This document shows positions 11,424-24,625 of a DNA stretch of 64,000 nt, piece after piece; position 1 is the first letter of the stretch; every line of letters begins with the position of its first letter. This DNA comes from Blastocladiella emersonii ATCC 22665 (Eukaryota; Fungi; Blastocladiomycota). The stretch spans positions 1,364,001-1,428,000 of the forward strand of contig JANHCV010000004.1 in the NCBI GenBank assembly GCA_025594325.1. The letters run 5' to 3'. A program made the position numbers and the translations under genes. Under the pieces are notes generated by a model. It searched no databases. It was not told the DNA's origin and worked only from the letters and a program-made list of their open reading frames with translations.

Positions 11424-14400
11424 TCAGGCCATGCGCGCCGCGGCCTCCTTCTTGGCCCACCCGACGACCTGCTCGCCGACGCGCTCGCGCCACACGGCGT
11501 GCTCGCGGGCGCGCGTGAGCCCCGTGTCAAGGGCGACCTTGGTGTTGGGCGGGACCGCGCGCTTGGTGGCATCGAAGAGCGCCGCGACGCGGGCCATCTC
11601 GGCCTCGTTGTGGGCCGACTCGGCGAGCACGCCGATCAGCTCGGTCGCCGACGAGAAAGCGCCGCCGCCGCCGAGCTGCTCGAGGAACGTGGCCCAGTGC
11701 GCGTCCAGATAATCGGCGACGAGCGCGGGCGCCGTGGGCGCCGACCGCACGATCCACGACATGAACCGCACCTTGTCCTGGCCGCGCACCGCCGACGACA
11801 GCGCCAGCGCCACGTTGCGCACGATCAGGTGCGGCGCCGTCGCCTGCGCGAGCGCGTGCAGGTACACGGCCTCGTCGTTGGTCAGCGTCGCCGAACGCAG
11901 GCGCTGCTCGACCACGGCGTACTCGCGGTCGCCGCCCGCGCGCACCGCTGTGTCGAGGACCACCGGGACCAGCGCCACGGGCACCGCGGGACGGCGCGGC
12001 GGCTTGTGCTTGCTGCGCGCAATCGACGCCAGCTCGACCTCGTCGGCCAGCAGCTCGAACAGCTCCTGCGCCTTGCGCACCGTCGGCGCGTGCCCGATCG
12101 ACGCGGCAAACGACAGGATCTCGGTGCGCAGCAGCGCGCGGACGTGGCGCGACTGCGACTCGCCGCCCTTGGCCTCGACCTCGAACTCGTCCGTCTCCTC
12201 GTCCCACCCAATGTTCTTGACGACCTTCTCGACGAGCCCGTTGAGCACCGACGAGACGGCGGCGTAGTCGGGGTGCAGCTCGAGCAGGCGGCGGATCGAC
12301 GCGAGGCGGTCCATGGCGACGCCCCACACCGTGTACGTCTGCTCGCGGTACAGGCCGCGCAGGAGGCCGAGCGCCGCGTCGACGTCGGCGTCGCCCGCCA
12401 TCAGGCGGTCGAGCGCGTCCTCGAGCACGCCCGCGCGGTCGAGCGGCGTCCACAGCTGCGGGTTGGCCGTCCACCACTCGGCGACCGTGTGCAGCATCGG
12501 GCTCGGGATCACGAACCGGTAGAACCCGTGCTGGCCGACGTTGGGCTTGATGACCCAGTGCTCGTCGAACACGGGCAGGTCGCGCGCGGGCGGCGTCGTG
12601 AGCTGGATCGCGCCCTTGGCCGCGTCGAACACGGTCGACTGCGCGGCGCCCGTCGCCACGGGCACGCCCGTGCGGTTCGTGTACACGGCCCACGTCAGCG
12701 GGATCTGCCACACGGTGCCGAGCGGGTTGGTCGGCTCCGACGCGTTGACGCGGATCCCCGAGTTGCGCGTCTGCTCGACGGCGAGCGACGCGGGGACCGG
12801 ACCGCGGCCGGGGACCACGGGCTTGCCAGCGGAGGTCGATTCGGGCAGCGAGAAGGTCACGCGCGGGTAGCCCGGCGTCTGGATCCACTCCTGGACGATG
12901 CGCGTGACGTTGAGGTCGGGGAAGCTGAGCGCGTCCCACAGGTCGCGCGACTCGGCGTTGTTGTAGGCGTGGGCCTCGAGGTAGTTGTGCACGCCGCCAA
13001 AGAAACTGCGCCCGCGGGCCTCGAGGAAGTGCTGGATCATGTGCAGGATCGACCCGCCCTTGGAGTACGAGATGGCGTCGAACAGGCCCTCGATCTCGAC
13101 CGGGTCGTTGACCGTGGCGTGGATCGCGCGGCTGTGCGGCGACGCGTCGGCCAGCATCGCCTTGACCTGGTCCATGCGGTAGAACTGCTCGGGCATGCCA
13201 AACGACGGCTCGGCGGCGGCGGTGCCGAGGAACTCGGAGAAGGTCGCGAAGCCCTCGTTGAGGTACAGGTCGTCCCACCACTTCATCGTCACCAAATCAC
13301 CGAACCACTGGTGCGCGAGCTCGTGGGCAATGACGGTGGCGACGCGCTGGCGATTTACGGGCGTAGAACGCGGGGAAACGAGCAGGGCTGTATCCCTGAA
13401 AGTACAGACCGCCCAGTTCTCCATTGCGCCCGCTGCGAAGTCCGGAACGCTCACGAGCGCCAGGAAACGCATAGGGAACGGAATTCCGAGGAGAATCTCG
13501 TAGTAGTCGAGAACTGCGGCCCCAACGCGCGCCGCGTACTCGCCCATTGACGTGATCCCGGGCTGCGTCCACACCGAGACCGTCACGCCGCCCTTGGAGG
13601 TCGCCGAGGTGCTCTCGAAATCGGAGACAATGAAGGCAACGAGGTACGAAGACATGCGGGGGGTGGGCGCAAACTTGTACGTCTTGGTCAGGGCGTACTT
13701 GTCGGCGACTGCGACGCCGTTCGGGATGGCGATGTCGCGCGACACGACGTGCATATTGGAGAGGGCATGGAGGTGCGACTGCGTGGACATGGTGATCTCG
13801 AAGGTAGCCTAGATGAAGAAAGTAAAAGTGCAAGGGTGAGCGGGAGGTCGCGACGCGAGGAACCCACTGCTCGCCCGATCGTGCTGGCAGGCAAACGAGC
13901 GCGAAACAAGGCAGCGTACCTTCATGGCGGGCTCGTCGAGGCAGGGGAACGCACGGCGAGCGTCGGTCGCCTCGAACTGCGTCGTGGCGATCCAGTTGGG
14001 CGCGCCCGTCTCCGTGTCAATGTACTTGGCGAGGTAGTAGCCGCGCAGCGAGCGGTCGATCTTGCCGGCATAGTGAATGCGCAGCGTGGCGACGGTCGAG
14101 ACGGCGCGGTCAAAGACGAAGACGTGGTACTGGCGCGCCGTGTTCACCTCGTGGCGGACGGGCACGAGCGTCGTGTTGGCGTCGACGGCAAGGGCGACGT
14201 TGGTCAGGTTGAGCCCGACAGCGTGAACCGCGACAAAGTTGGACGGCTTGGTGAAGTTGAGGCGGATGGCGGCGTCGCCGGCAAAGGTCGAGTTGAACTC
14301 GCCGTCGACGATGGTGCCGAAGTTGAGGTCGTATTGGATGGGCACAATGTGCGAGGGCAGGCGGATCGCGTTCCAGGTGCCGGACTCGCCACCGGGCGGG

Positions 14401-14755
14401 ATCAGGACGGGCGAGCCGCCGTTGCCGCCGCCGATGGGCGCGGTGCCCTTGGGCCGCACGATGAGCAGGATGCTGAGGAGCACGACGATGCCGACCGAGA
14501 TGAAGACGAGGATCGGGATGAAGAGGCGGCGGAAGTACGCCGTGACCACGTCGCGCGACTTTTCCCAGAAGGTCGGCTCGATGTCGACGTCGTCGTGGTC
14601 GGCCGCCGCGTGGTCGTTGCCAGGCACGGGCCGGTACTGACCGCGGCTACACGGACGTGCAGGGTGCCGTTAGCAAGCCGTTACTGCCTTGTTCGTGCAC
14701 TGGCCGGGACGGACCTCGGGCTGGCCGGCGCGGCCGGTGCGCGTGTCGAGCTCAT
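11424..14755 (-). CDS. M1 family zinc aminopeptidase (aminopeptidase N/ERAP-like) with N-terminal TM anchor
   Basis: TQFEATDARRAFPCLDEP, GAMENW, HELAHQWFG...NEGFA. Intron 13809-13919. A probable short first exon starts at ATG 14755 with an intron ending CTAAC..TAG near 14650; the ORF-track start at 14627 is a GTG inside exon 2. Confidence 0.93.
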
Positions 14756-15327
14756 GGTCGGTCGATTCGTGTTTCGTGTGCGTTACAGAGCAAAGAGGGG
14801 CGAACTCGAGAGCAGAGAGGGAGGGTCACGCGGGGGAGTAGGGGGTTCTTATAGCGGGGTTCGTGGAGCACGCGCTTCCCACGATGGCCGACGCGGTGCG
14901 GGTGGTTCTGATATGAATGAAAGGCCGCGGCAGCAGTCGATGACGCGGGCAGTCGTCGCGGGCCGACCAACGGCTCGTGAAGTGAAAAGCGACCGTGTGA
15001 CCAACTTTCGAGGCTTGAGAGACATCACATGTTTTCTCGACGCGTCCGACGCGACTCGCGACTCGCCGTCGCGGTTAGCCCTATATTCCGTGCCACGGCC
15101 TTTCAAATGCGCCCATGTACATTTTGAACCAAATTCGCGATGAGACTCACTGATCCGGGCCACATGCCTCGACGTGACCGAGTGGTCGACGCGCGGCCGC
15201 GGTGATTCCCGCCGCCGTTTGGCTCCGCGCTCGCGCCGCCGGTGCTCCCTCCCCCCACACATGATAATCGCATGAATTAAATTTTAGCGGCATAGACTAC
15301 CTGCAACCGAGTTATTGGCCCCTCCGC

Positions 15328-16280
15328 TTGCACGGCCAGCGTCTCACTCTCAAGCTGCGCCAGAACCCGCGTCAGAACGCGGTCGAGGAAACGGCTCTTT
15401 GCATCCGACTCAATGCACCCGAATGCATTGGCTCAGGCTGCGCAGTGTTCGTGATCGACAAAGCCTTTCGCTCTGATCCGCTCACGAAGTCGAGTACCCG
15501 AGGGAGTCGAAAGCATCCAGCGATACTACCTCGCCTGAGCGGCGACGACCTGAACACGATCGCTTGCCGGCTCCGCAATTGGAAACTTACCGGACCCGTC
15601 CCCGTTCACGACGTGCGCACAATCACCACTGATGTGCCGAGTCACGGTTACATCAGCCTCGTCGCGAAATCAATCACCGCGGCCAAGGTTACCGTTCTCG
15701 CTCGCTCTCGACCAACCGTCACGGCCGCTGCCAATGCTTGTGTTCACAATACTTCACCAAGACCTCAACACTCATCAGTGTTGATTACGAGGTACCGTGC
15801 GAGCCAACGAGGTCGCACAAATCGTCCAGGCACGTTTGGCTCAACGTCCTCTTTCGGAGTGGCAGCTTTTCCGTCGCTGCGAACATATCAATCAAACTCG
15901 ATGCACCAGCGTGCCTGGCGAATCCCAATTCCACGAGTTTCATGAGCCGAAGCTACGGCACGACTCCAGGTGTCGACGAGCCCGATCCATCACCCCACAC
16001 ACCCGACGGCCTGCTCTCGCCCCTTGCACTCTTGCTACGCCGAACCAGCATCGACGCCGCTCCTCTCTCTCCATCCCTCGTGCAGCGGGCCACGATTCGC
16101 GTTTCGTGCTCGCGCACGACGAGTGGGGGATCGCGTTCCCTCCTCCCGCTGCACCCGTGGTTGGGCGAGGGAAGCGTTGCGGTGGAAAGCGTGCCAAGCG
16201 AGATCGGCCACTGGGCGCGTGTGTGGGATGGTGGATCCTCTCGAAGATACCGGCGAATCCATGCGAGCGTGGCAGAGTAG
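15328..16280 (+). pseudogene. Possible frameshifted orphan coding region in a lower-GC island
   Basis: Two overlapping plus-strand ORFs (15328-15945, 15738-16280) with protein-like composition. No family recognised. Confidence 0.2.
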
Positions 16281-16803
16281 TCGGCGTGTGAGCTTCTGGT
16301 TGTACGAGGCGGCGAAATAGACGACACAGCAGTTGCGTCCGGTGCTGGAGCGTGAGCGGTGCGATTTTGAGAGCGCAGCGCGCGGATCTAGCTCGCAGCC
16401 TCACTCGCTACAGCTTGATCCGAATCCTAGCAGTTCGGAAAGGACACAAGGCCACGTCTTTGTTCAACCCGGACGAGATCATGCGCTTCCGCCGCGGAGA
16501 CGGCAACTCGGCACCGACTCGGCCGCGCAGGCCAGCCAGGACGCCACGCTCGCGCCAGCTGATCGACACAGCTCAATTGCCGGTTGTTAAGATGATGTCC
16601 ATTCGCTTCTTGGGCCGCAGTCGACTAAACGGGAGAGCGTGAGGCGGGCGCAAAGGCCGGCCTCGCAACACTGCGCCGGGAGCATCACGTGGGCTGATCG
16701 GCCGCGCTTCGTCCCACGGGCCGTCGGCTGCCGTCGTCGACTTGGCCGCTCCCTCTCCCGCCTTCGAACTGCGCACCTTGCACTACACAGACCCTGTTCC
16801 ACC

Positions 16804-19776
16804 ATGGTAAGCACCCGCAATGTAACCTCGGCACCATGGATCCGCCGCTGACCGCTGCCGCCGCCGCATGCCACGCCCGTGCAGTCTTCCGCCCCCAAGC
16901 GCGCGCGCGCCCCGGCGTCGGGCGCCTCGGACGACGAGGACGACCGCATGCTCATCCCGACGTCGCCCGGCCGCACGTCGCTCCCGCCCAGCAGCCCCGT
17001 CCCGTTCCAGGGCAGCTTCGACGACGACGAGGACCTGATCGCGCGCGACATTGACGACGACATGGCCGAGGACGACGACACCCACGACGCCGTCGACCTG
17101 TTCGGTGACGACATGGAGCAGTACGTTTGCGGCTGGCGATCGGAACCCCCCACGAGTCGCTGACAACCGAATGCGACGCATCGTGCAGGGACTACCGCTA
17201 CAACCCGGAGCTCGACCGCTACGACGAGCGGGACATTGACGAGACCGAATACGAGAACATGGACGCCGCGCAGCGTGCTGCCGTCGACCGCGAGCTCCGC
17301 CGCCGCGACGTGCTCGAGGGCCGCATGCCCGCTCCGTTCTACGACCCGGCTGGTGCGGCTCGCCTTCTCACTCCCACCCTTTCTCGGCGGGCTGTCAACT
17401 GACGCACGCGCATGCACGTCGCACGCACGTGTAGAGGAGATGGAGGGTCTCGAGCTGCAGACGCGCCGCCGCCGGCGGCAAGCCAACGAGGACGAGACCA
17501 TGGAGGAGGCCGAGGCCCCGATCACGCACGACGCGCTGCTCGATGCGCTGCGCGACCCGAGCAGCGGTGGGTCGATCATCGAGAAGCTCGCCATGGACCT
17601 GCCGCGCAAGGCGGTCAAGCACGAGTTCAAGCAGTTTCTCCTCACCTTCGTGAACGAGAACAGCGAGTCCGTGTACGGCCCGCGCATCAAGCTCATGTGC
17701 GAGGAGAACGGCGAGTCGCTCGAGGTGTCGTACGCGGACCTCGAGAGCGCCAACCCGATGCTCGCCATGCTCGTGGCCAACCACCCGACGCAGATGCTCG
17801 AGATCCTCGACGAGGCCGCCATGGAGGTGGTGCTCATCAGCTTCGACGCGTACAAGCGCATCCACCAGGAGATCCACGTGCGCATCAACGGCCTCCCGAC
17901 CATGAAGACGATCCGCGACCTGCGCGAGGGCGACCTCAACTCGCTCGTGCGCATCTCGGGCGTCGTGACCCGCCGCACCGGCGTGTTCCCGCAGCTCAAG
18001 TACGTCAAGTACGACTGCGTCAAGTGCGGCAGCATCATCGGCCCGATCCACCAGGACTCGACCACCGAGGCGCGCGTGCGGTCGTGCCCGAACTGCATGT
18101 CCAAGGGCCCCTTCAACATCAACTCGGAGCAGACCGTGTACCGCAACTTCCAGAAGCTCACGCTGCAGGAGACCCCCGGCACGGTGCCGCCCGGCCGCCT
18201 GCCGCGCCACCGCGAGGTGATCCTGCTGTGGGACCTCATCGACTCGGCGCGCCCCGGCGAGGAGATCGAGATCACGGGCATCTACCGCCACAACTTTGAC
18301 ATGTCGCTCAACAACAAGAACGGGTTCCCCGTGTTCTCGACCGTCATCGAGGCCAACCACATTGCCAAGCGCGAGGACGAGTTTGCCGCGCTGCGCCTGA
18401 CCCAGGACGATATTGCCGACATCAAGAAGCTCGCGAGCGACCCCAAGATCGGCCGCCGCCTCATCAAGTCGATTGCCCCCTCCATCTACGGCCACGAGAC
18501 CATCAAGACGGCCATCTGCCTCGCCCTGTTCGGCGGCGTGCCCAAGAACGTCAAGAACAAGCACCGGATCCGCGGCGACATCAACGTGCTGCTGCTCGGT
18601 GACCCGGGTACGGCCAAGTCGCAGTTCCTCAAGTACGTCGAGAAGACGAGCCACCGCGCCGTGTACACGACGGGCCAGGGCGCGTCGGCGGTCGGTCTGA
18701 CGGCGTCGGTGCGCAAGGACCCCGTGTCCAAGGAGTGGACGCTCGAGGGCGGCGCGCTCGTGCTCGCCGACAAGGGCGTGTGCCTCATCGACGAGTTTGA
18801 CAAGATGAACGACGCCGACCGCACCAGTATCCACGAGGCCATGGAGCAGCAGTCCATCTCCATCTCCAAGGCGGGGATCGTGACCTCGCTGCACGCGCGG
18901 TGCGCCATCATCGCGGCGGCCAACCCGCTGCGCGGGCGGTACAACACCCAGATCCCCTTCTCGCAGAACGTGGACCTCACGGAGCCGATCCTGTCGCGGT
19001 TCGACGTACTGTGCGTGGTCAAGGACCGCGTCGACCCGGAGCTCGACGACATGCTCGCCGAGTTTGTCGTGTCGAGCCACATGCGCAGCCACCCGGACGT
19101 GACGCCCGAGGAACTCGCCGGGATCACGACGCGCACCGACGACGCGACGATCATCCCGCAGGACCTGCTCAAGAAGTACATCATGTACGCCAAGGAGAAG
19201 GTGACGCCGCAGCTGTCGCAGATGGACGAGGACAAGATTGGCCGGCTGTACGGCGAGCTGCGCCGCGAGTCGCTGCAGACGGGGTCGATCCCCATCACGG
19301 TGCGCCATCTCGAGTCGATGCTGCGCATGGCCGAGGCCAACGCGCGCATGCACCTGCGCGACCACGTGCGGTCCGACGACGTCGACATGGCCATCTCGGT
19401 CATGCTCGACTCGTTCATCTCGGCCCAGAAGTACACGGTGATGCGCCAGCTGCGCCGCACCTTCGCCAAGTACATCCGGTACCACCGCGACAACGACGAG
19501 CTGCTCCTGTTCCAGCTCAACGACCTGGTCCGCGAGGCCGCCCGCGTCTACCACCTCGCGCACCGCGGCCCGCTCGCGCCCAGCGGTGGCGCGGCGGCCC
19601 CGGGCCTCACCCACGTCACTGTTCACGTCGAGGAACTCGTGCTGCGCGCCCGCGACCTCAACATCCACGACATTGAGCCGTTCCTCGACTCGGCGCTGTT
19701 CCAGGCCAACGGGTTCTCGGTCCGCGTCGAGGGCACGCGCCGCCGGATCCTCAAGGCGATGCCGAACGCGTTGTAA
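16804..19776 (+). CDS. MCM2: DNA replication licensing factor MCM2
   Basis: Zn finger CVKC..CPNC, GDPGTAKSQ, IDEFDKM, SRFD arginine finger. ATG-only first exon 16804-16806; introns 16807-16884, 17121-17188, 17353-17434. Confidence 0.97.
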
Positions 19777-20077
19777 GGGAGGAGGAGGCGGTTCGATGGT
19801 TGCTCCAGTTGCATATACGATACACACACATTCTGAACGGCTCGGACTCGAAGTCGAGGTCGGCTCGTGCGCGTCGTCGAAGCTCCGAGACCTGAGACGC
19901 AACATGGACACAAAGATGAATGCAACTAATGAACCTGCTGCAAAGCGTACACCTCGTCCATGCCGCCGTGTGGTTGTGATGCGAGACTGATCCGCTCTGG
20001 CGATAGGTCGGCGTACGGGCGACGAGAACGTCGCGGTGGTGGTCGCGACCTCGACCACGGCTGCTGCCCCCGACGCC

Positions 20078-20980
20078 ATGGACCAGGACCCCACCGCGCC
20101 GCCATCTGCGCCCGCGACCGCATGGGACATCTTCCCGGTTGCGAAAAAGTACATTGACACGCAGTGGGAGCGGCGCGAGGGGATCCTCAAGCGGTCGCGC
20201 GAGGTGACGCGCGAGGCCAAGAAGATGATTGTCGCGCTGCAGCGGTCCATACTCTCCCACTTCCTTCACTGATCCCGGCTGACAAACAGCTCAACATAGC
20301 TTCGACATCCACGACCCAACGCGCCACATCCGCGCGGCGCACGCGTCGCGGCAGCGGATCCAGGGGATGCTGCGCGAGACGGCGGCGGCGCTGCAGGGCG
20401 CGCCCGAGTTCTTCCGTTTCGCGCGCAACATCAGTCCAGGGCTGCAGGAGTTCCTCGAGGCCGCGTCGTTTCTCGAGTTCCTCGAGCACAAGCGGCTGCT
20501 GTCGTACGCCGCCGCCAAGGCGCTGGTCGAGGACGCGGGCCTGCTGCTCACGGCCGAGGATTACCTGCTCGGCGTCGGCGACCTCACGGGCGAGATCATG
20601 CGGCTCGCGACGAGCTACGCGTCCAAGCGCGAGTACGATATGGTCTTCGGGTGCTGCCGATTCATGCAGGAGTTTTACCACGGTACGCGCTGGTTCCGCG
20701 GGATTCTGGTGGGTGCGGCGGGCTGATACGGAACCGAGGTGTAGAGTTCATGTCGCTGTGGCCGTCGGGCGAGGTGCGCGACTTCAACAAGAAGGTCGAG
20801 GTGATGCGCGCGAGCGTCGTCAAGGTCGAGACGCGTACGATATCTACACGTGCTGGGCACCGCCCTCAACTCACCTCGTGCGAGCCTGTAGTCTGCTACG
20901 CGCTCGTCGTGCACCAGGGCGAGCACTTTTCGACCGACACGGCGCTCGGTCTCGGGAGCGAGCCGATCACCGCCGAATGA
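20078..20980 (+). CDS. TSNAX: Translin-associated factor X (TRAX, C3PO subunit)
   Basis: ERREGILKRSREVT, QEFLEAASF, DYLLGVGDLTGEIMR, KKVEVMRASVVKVE. Three short introns, the first at 20245-20299. Confidence 0.85.
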
Positions 20981-21014
20981 GTGAACGCACGCACGCAATA
21001 CATCTCTCTATTCT

Positions 21015-21790
21015 CTACATTCGCCGCATCCGGAGGTAGATCCCCATGGACACGAGCCCGAGCATGCCCCACGCGAGCGCCGCGAACATGTTGATCGTCG
21101 CGACGCCCGGGTGTCCCATGGAGAAATGGGCCTCCCACCAGATCGCGCCGGCCGACCCGGATCCGGGCACGCCCACCGCCATGTACACGGCGTACAGGGC
21201 GTGCAGCGAGTGCAGCAGCAGGTACGTGTGCGCGTCGAACCGGTTGGACGCGAACACGCCGCCCGCTGCGGCGATGTTGAGGCCCGGCTTGTACCAGCCG
21301 ATGTACGCGAGCGGGACGGCGAGGAGGTGCATCGTTCTTCAAGTACACACGACGGGGCGGTCAGAGAATGCCTTGAAATGAGCGGAGACGGCGCGACGTA
21401 CGCTCTGAGGAACGCGCGCGCGTCCATGCCGAACCCGGGCACTCGCGTCCACCACATGCACGCGAACGCGACCGTGTTGACGGCGGCGGCGAGTCCGGCG
21501 AGGTAGAAGTTGATGCGCAGCATGACGGGCAGCGTGCCCGAGGGCAGGCACAGCTGGAACAGGTCGGCGAGCGTCGGGAACCGCGACGCGCCGGGCTTGT
21601 TCAAGCTGTCGGTGCTCCCCATGCCGGGAGCGGGTCGCATCGAGCCCATGGGCGGCTGCCCTCCGCCGGTGCCGCGCGGCTGTTGCGGGAAGGCGGCGGG
21701 TGCGAACTGGGCGTTGAAGCCTGTCGGGACCGGCTCGAAGAAATTGTGCCCCGCGCTCGGCGCTCCGGGTGTCGATGGTAGTGAGTTCAT
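21015..21790 (-). CDS. SCAMP: SCAMP family secretory carrier membrane protein
   Basis: Four TM helices with the SCAMP-like signatures LAYIGWYKP and MAVGVPGSGSAGAI. Intron 21337-21401. Confidence 0.72.
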
Positions 21791-22394
21791 TGCAGTAACT
21801 GTGCGCCGGACAGCTTGGCCGGTTCGAAGAGTGGAGGGGAGAGAGAGCGAGGGAGCTCCGATGGCACTCGAGGGGCCGCTGCAGCGATGCTGTGGCGCCA
21901 GCTGTGGCGCAGCGCCTGGTTGTCCTGCAACTCGCGCCCCTGCTCATGGCTCGGAGTCGGACGCGCTGCCAACTTGACAGCAACAAAGAGGAGAGAGACA
22001 ATGTCCAGAACGCTCATCACAGCTACCGTTCTCAATGCCCGACATTGAGCTCTGCGCGCGGTTGCGATGTCCGGCGTGGACCTTCAGGCGAGCGAGCGAG
22101 ACATTCAGGCACTGCCGAGGTGCATCCAAGTCCACTGTTCACCCACGAATGCGTCGAGGAACTGCAACCGAGTGAGGGGAAATCTGCGAGCCTGAAGGCG
22201 GTGAGGAGTCACTGATCGATCCCGTGCGCATGAGCGACGCGTCGCGCGGCTTCGTCCCCTGTTCGCACACTCTCCTGCAACCACTTATGCGCGAGCGCCA
22301 GTCCATGCCCCAGTATCCAAGTTTGCACCGTGAAAAACCCGCTGCCTAGAGAGCATGTGGTACGGCCATCATTGTATTTGATCAGGCAGACGCG

Positions 22395-23363
22395 TTAACA
22401 ATCGTCAGGCTTGAGCCCAGACCCTGCCCAGCACTGCAGTACTTCCGTTCTCCGCTTCGTATTGCTATTGAGCGATGAGAATTCGAAAGACCGCTCCGTA
22501 AACTTGACTGGAAGCCCCGAGGCAAACCAAAGCTTGAGAACCTCAACGTGGCCAAGCCGAGAGGTCTCATCGACGGCCGCCGCCGTGTACTTTGGCGGGA
22601 GTTCCGACTCGTAGAGCCACCATCGTACTGTTTCGGTACGACCGTGCTTGCTGGCCCAGTCGAGTGCGTACTCCGAGTAGATGAACCTGTTCGGAAAGAA
22701 GGTGTACCACCACTTGAGGTCGAGGCGGCCCTGCGAACTCGCCGAATCAGCGACAAACGGGAGGATGAGCGGGAGCACGCGCGCGGAATGAGCCTTGAAC
22801 CGCTTGAGGATGACCTGGCCGTTCGCAGTGAAGCATTTCGGGAGTTGATGGCGCAACCACATCTCGAGCAAATCGATGCGACCGTACCTGTTAGCATGGT
22901 GAAACATCATGATGGTGCACAGCCAGGATTGAGGGTTGCGAATCAAGTAGTTCAAGATGGCCGAGCGCCCAGGGACGAAGAAGAGGGAAATCAAGTTGTA
23001 GGACGAGATCAGTTCCAATTCGGCGCTGACGTTGCGGACCTTGGAAAGCATGAGAAACCGGTCAATGCGGTCCTCGGCAAGGATGTGGAAGAGCGACATG
23101 CCGGGCAAGTAGCGGCACGCGAGGCGACGCAAGCGACCGTGAGCCCCGTCCACGTTGAGCAGGTTGAGAGTCAAGCGGTTGAGTTCTGGCGTGCAGTACG
23201 GAGCGCAGCGTTGTCCGAATACTACAAGTTCGTGCGGCTCAAAACGGCCCATGAAGCGAGTACACTTGCAGGACTACTGGGACAGGTAATGTGATCGACT
23301 GAAGTCTTTCAAGGCAAGGACGATGATGTCCTCGACGATATCTTGAGGCAGGGCGGGCGGCAT
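22395..23363 (-). pseudogene. F-box-like plus ankyrin-like repeat gene interrupted by an in-frame TAG
   Basis: ATG 23363 gives MPPALPQDIVEDIIVLAL; TAG at 23274-23276 is in frame with the 285-aa ORF. That ORF carries repeats ALDWASKHGRTETVRWW and AVDETSRLGHVEVLKLW. Lower GC than neighbours. Confidence 0.65.
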
Positions 23364-23677
23364 TCCAGGACTCGAAGTAGTCTCTGGCAGAGGTTGACCG
23401 ACGACAAGCACTTGTTGGATAACAGCTTGAGGAAAGCCCGAGTATTGGACGGGTGTAGGGGGCTGAGAACTGAAAATTGATGGGTCAGCTCAGCAGAGGT
23501 AGTGCAAGTGGGAGATGATGCTGGAGCAAGGCAAGATTTGTTGGGCAACTGCTCGAGCGGAAGTGTATGCGTCCTTGAGGAATGCGATGGGAGGGACATG
23601 TGGCAGCGCCCTGTCGCAAGCCAAGGAACTCGGTTCGTTGTGTGCGTTGAGAAGTGAAAAAGGTATATACATTAGAT

Positions 23678-24625
23678 CTAGTCATAGTTGTCACTCTCTT
23701 CGGCGTCCGTGTCCGACGCAGGACTTGACACAGACGAGAGGGGACAGTCGTCGCCGCCATCGCCGTGTCCCGACGCGAGCTCTGGGGTATCCGAGCGCGT
23801 CGGCGGCGTCAGCGTCCCCGCGTCCGAGTCGAGCTCGCCCGGTGAAGACGAAGTCGGGAATGGCGTCTCGACGCGGCCTTCTCGCTCGGTGGAAGCGTCG
23901 TTGGGAAGCGGGCCGAGAAGCGGGAGGGCGAGGATGTAGGCGCTGCTCGGGTTGAGCTGGATGTAGTAGGTCGGGAGCAGGGCGCGGCGGATAAAGCCGA
24001 AGCGGTCGTAGAACTCGAGCGCACCCGTGTTGGCCGTGTGCACGTGCAGGAAGACTTCCTCGCAATCAGGGTCATCGCGTGCGCGTTCGACAATGGTGCG
24101 CAGGAGGCGGCTCGCTACACGACGCGATCGGGCGAGAGTGAGCGCACTATCAACGTGTACGGTTCACGAGAAAGAACGCTTACCGATGCCCAAGCGGCGG
24201 AACGGCGACAGGACGCCGAGCGTCATAACGTAGAGGCGGTAGCTGAGCCCGTCGGTCGCGTACTCGCAGCGGCAGCAGATGGCACCGACGAGCCGCTCGT
24301 GGACGAGCGCGGCCCACGCGTAGTGGCGGTTGCGCAGCACGTCACGGTAGAAGTGGTCGTTGTACGAGACCGGGTACAGCGCGGCGTTGAGGTAGCGCAG
24401 GGCCGGGATCAGGGACTCGTCGATCTCGCGGAACTCGGGCTCGCGCGGTTTCCGAGGTGAGGGCAGCGGGGACAGCGACGGTGACGGAGACGGCGAGAAG
24501 GAGGGCGTCGCGCGTGGCAGGGACGCGCTGCCCTCGCGCACACCGTCGTCACTGACGCCGATCGGCGGTTCTGGCGGGCGCAGCGGGGGCACGGGCGAGA
24601 GGGGCGGGTGCGACTCGGCCAGCAT
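23678..24625 (-). CDS. NAA50: GNAT N-terminal acetyltransferase NAA50-like
   Basis: LNAALYPVSYNDHFY, LYVMTLGVLSPFRRLGI|ASRLL, FLHVHTANTGALEFYDRFGF. Intron 24115-24183. Confidence 0.82.

Noticed and set aside
14800-16800. MCB (ACGCGT) or E2F/SCB-like cell-cycle boxes near the MCM2 promoter
   Set aside because: CG-rich hexamers are expected by chance at this GC content, and no clear clustering occurs next to the MCM2 start.
17395-20250. Very long antisense or alternative-frame ORFs (also 4072-5529, 11364-13550, 31176-33170, 42636-45071, 59021-60805)
   Set aside because: Shadow ORFs caused by extreme GC3 codon bias opposite real genes; the products are R/A/G-rich with no motifs.
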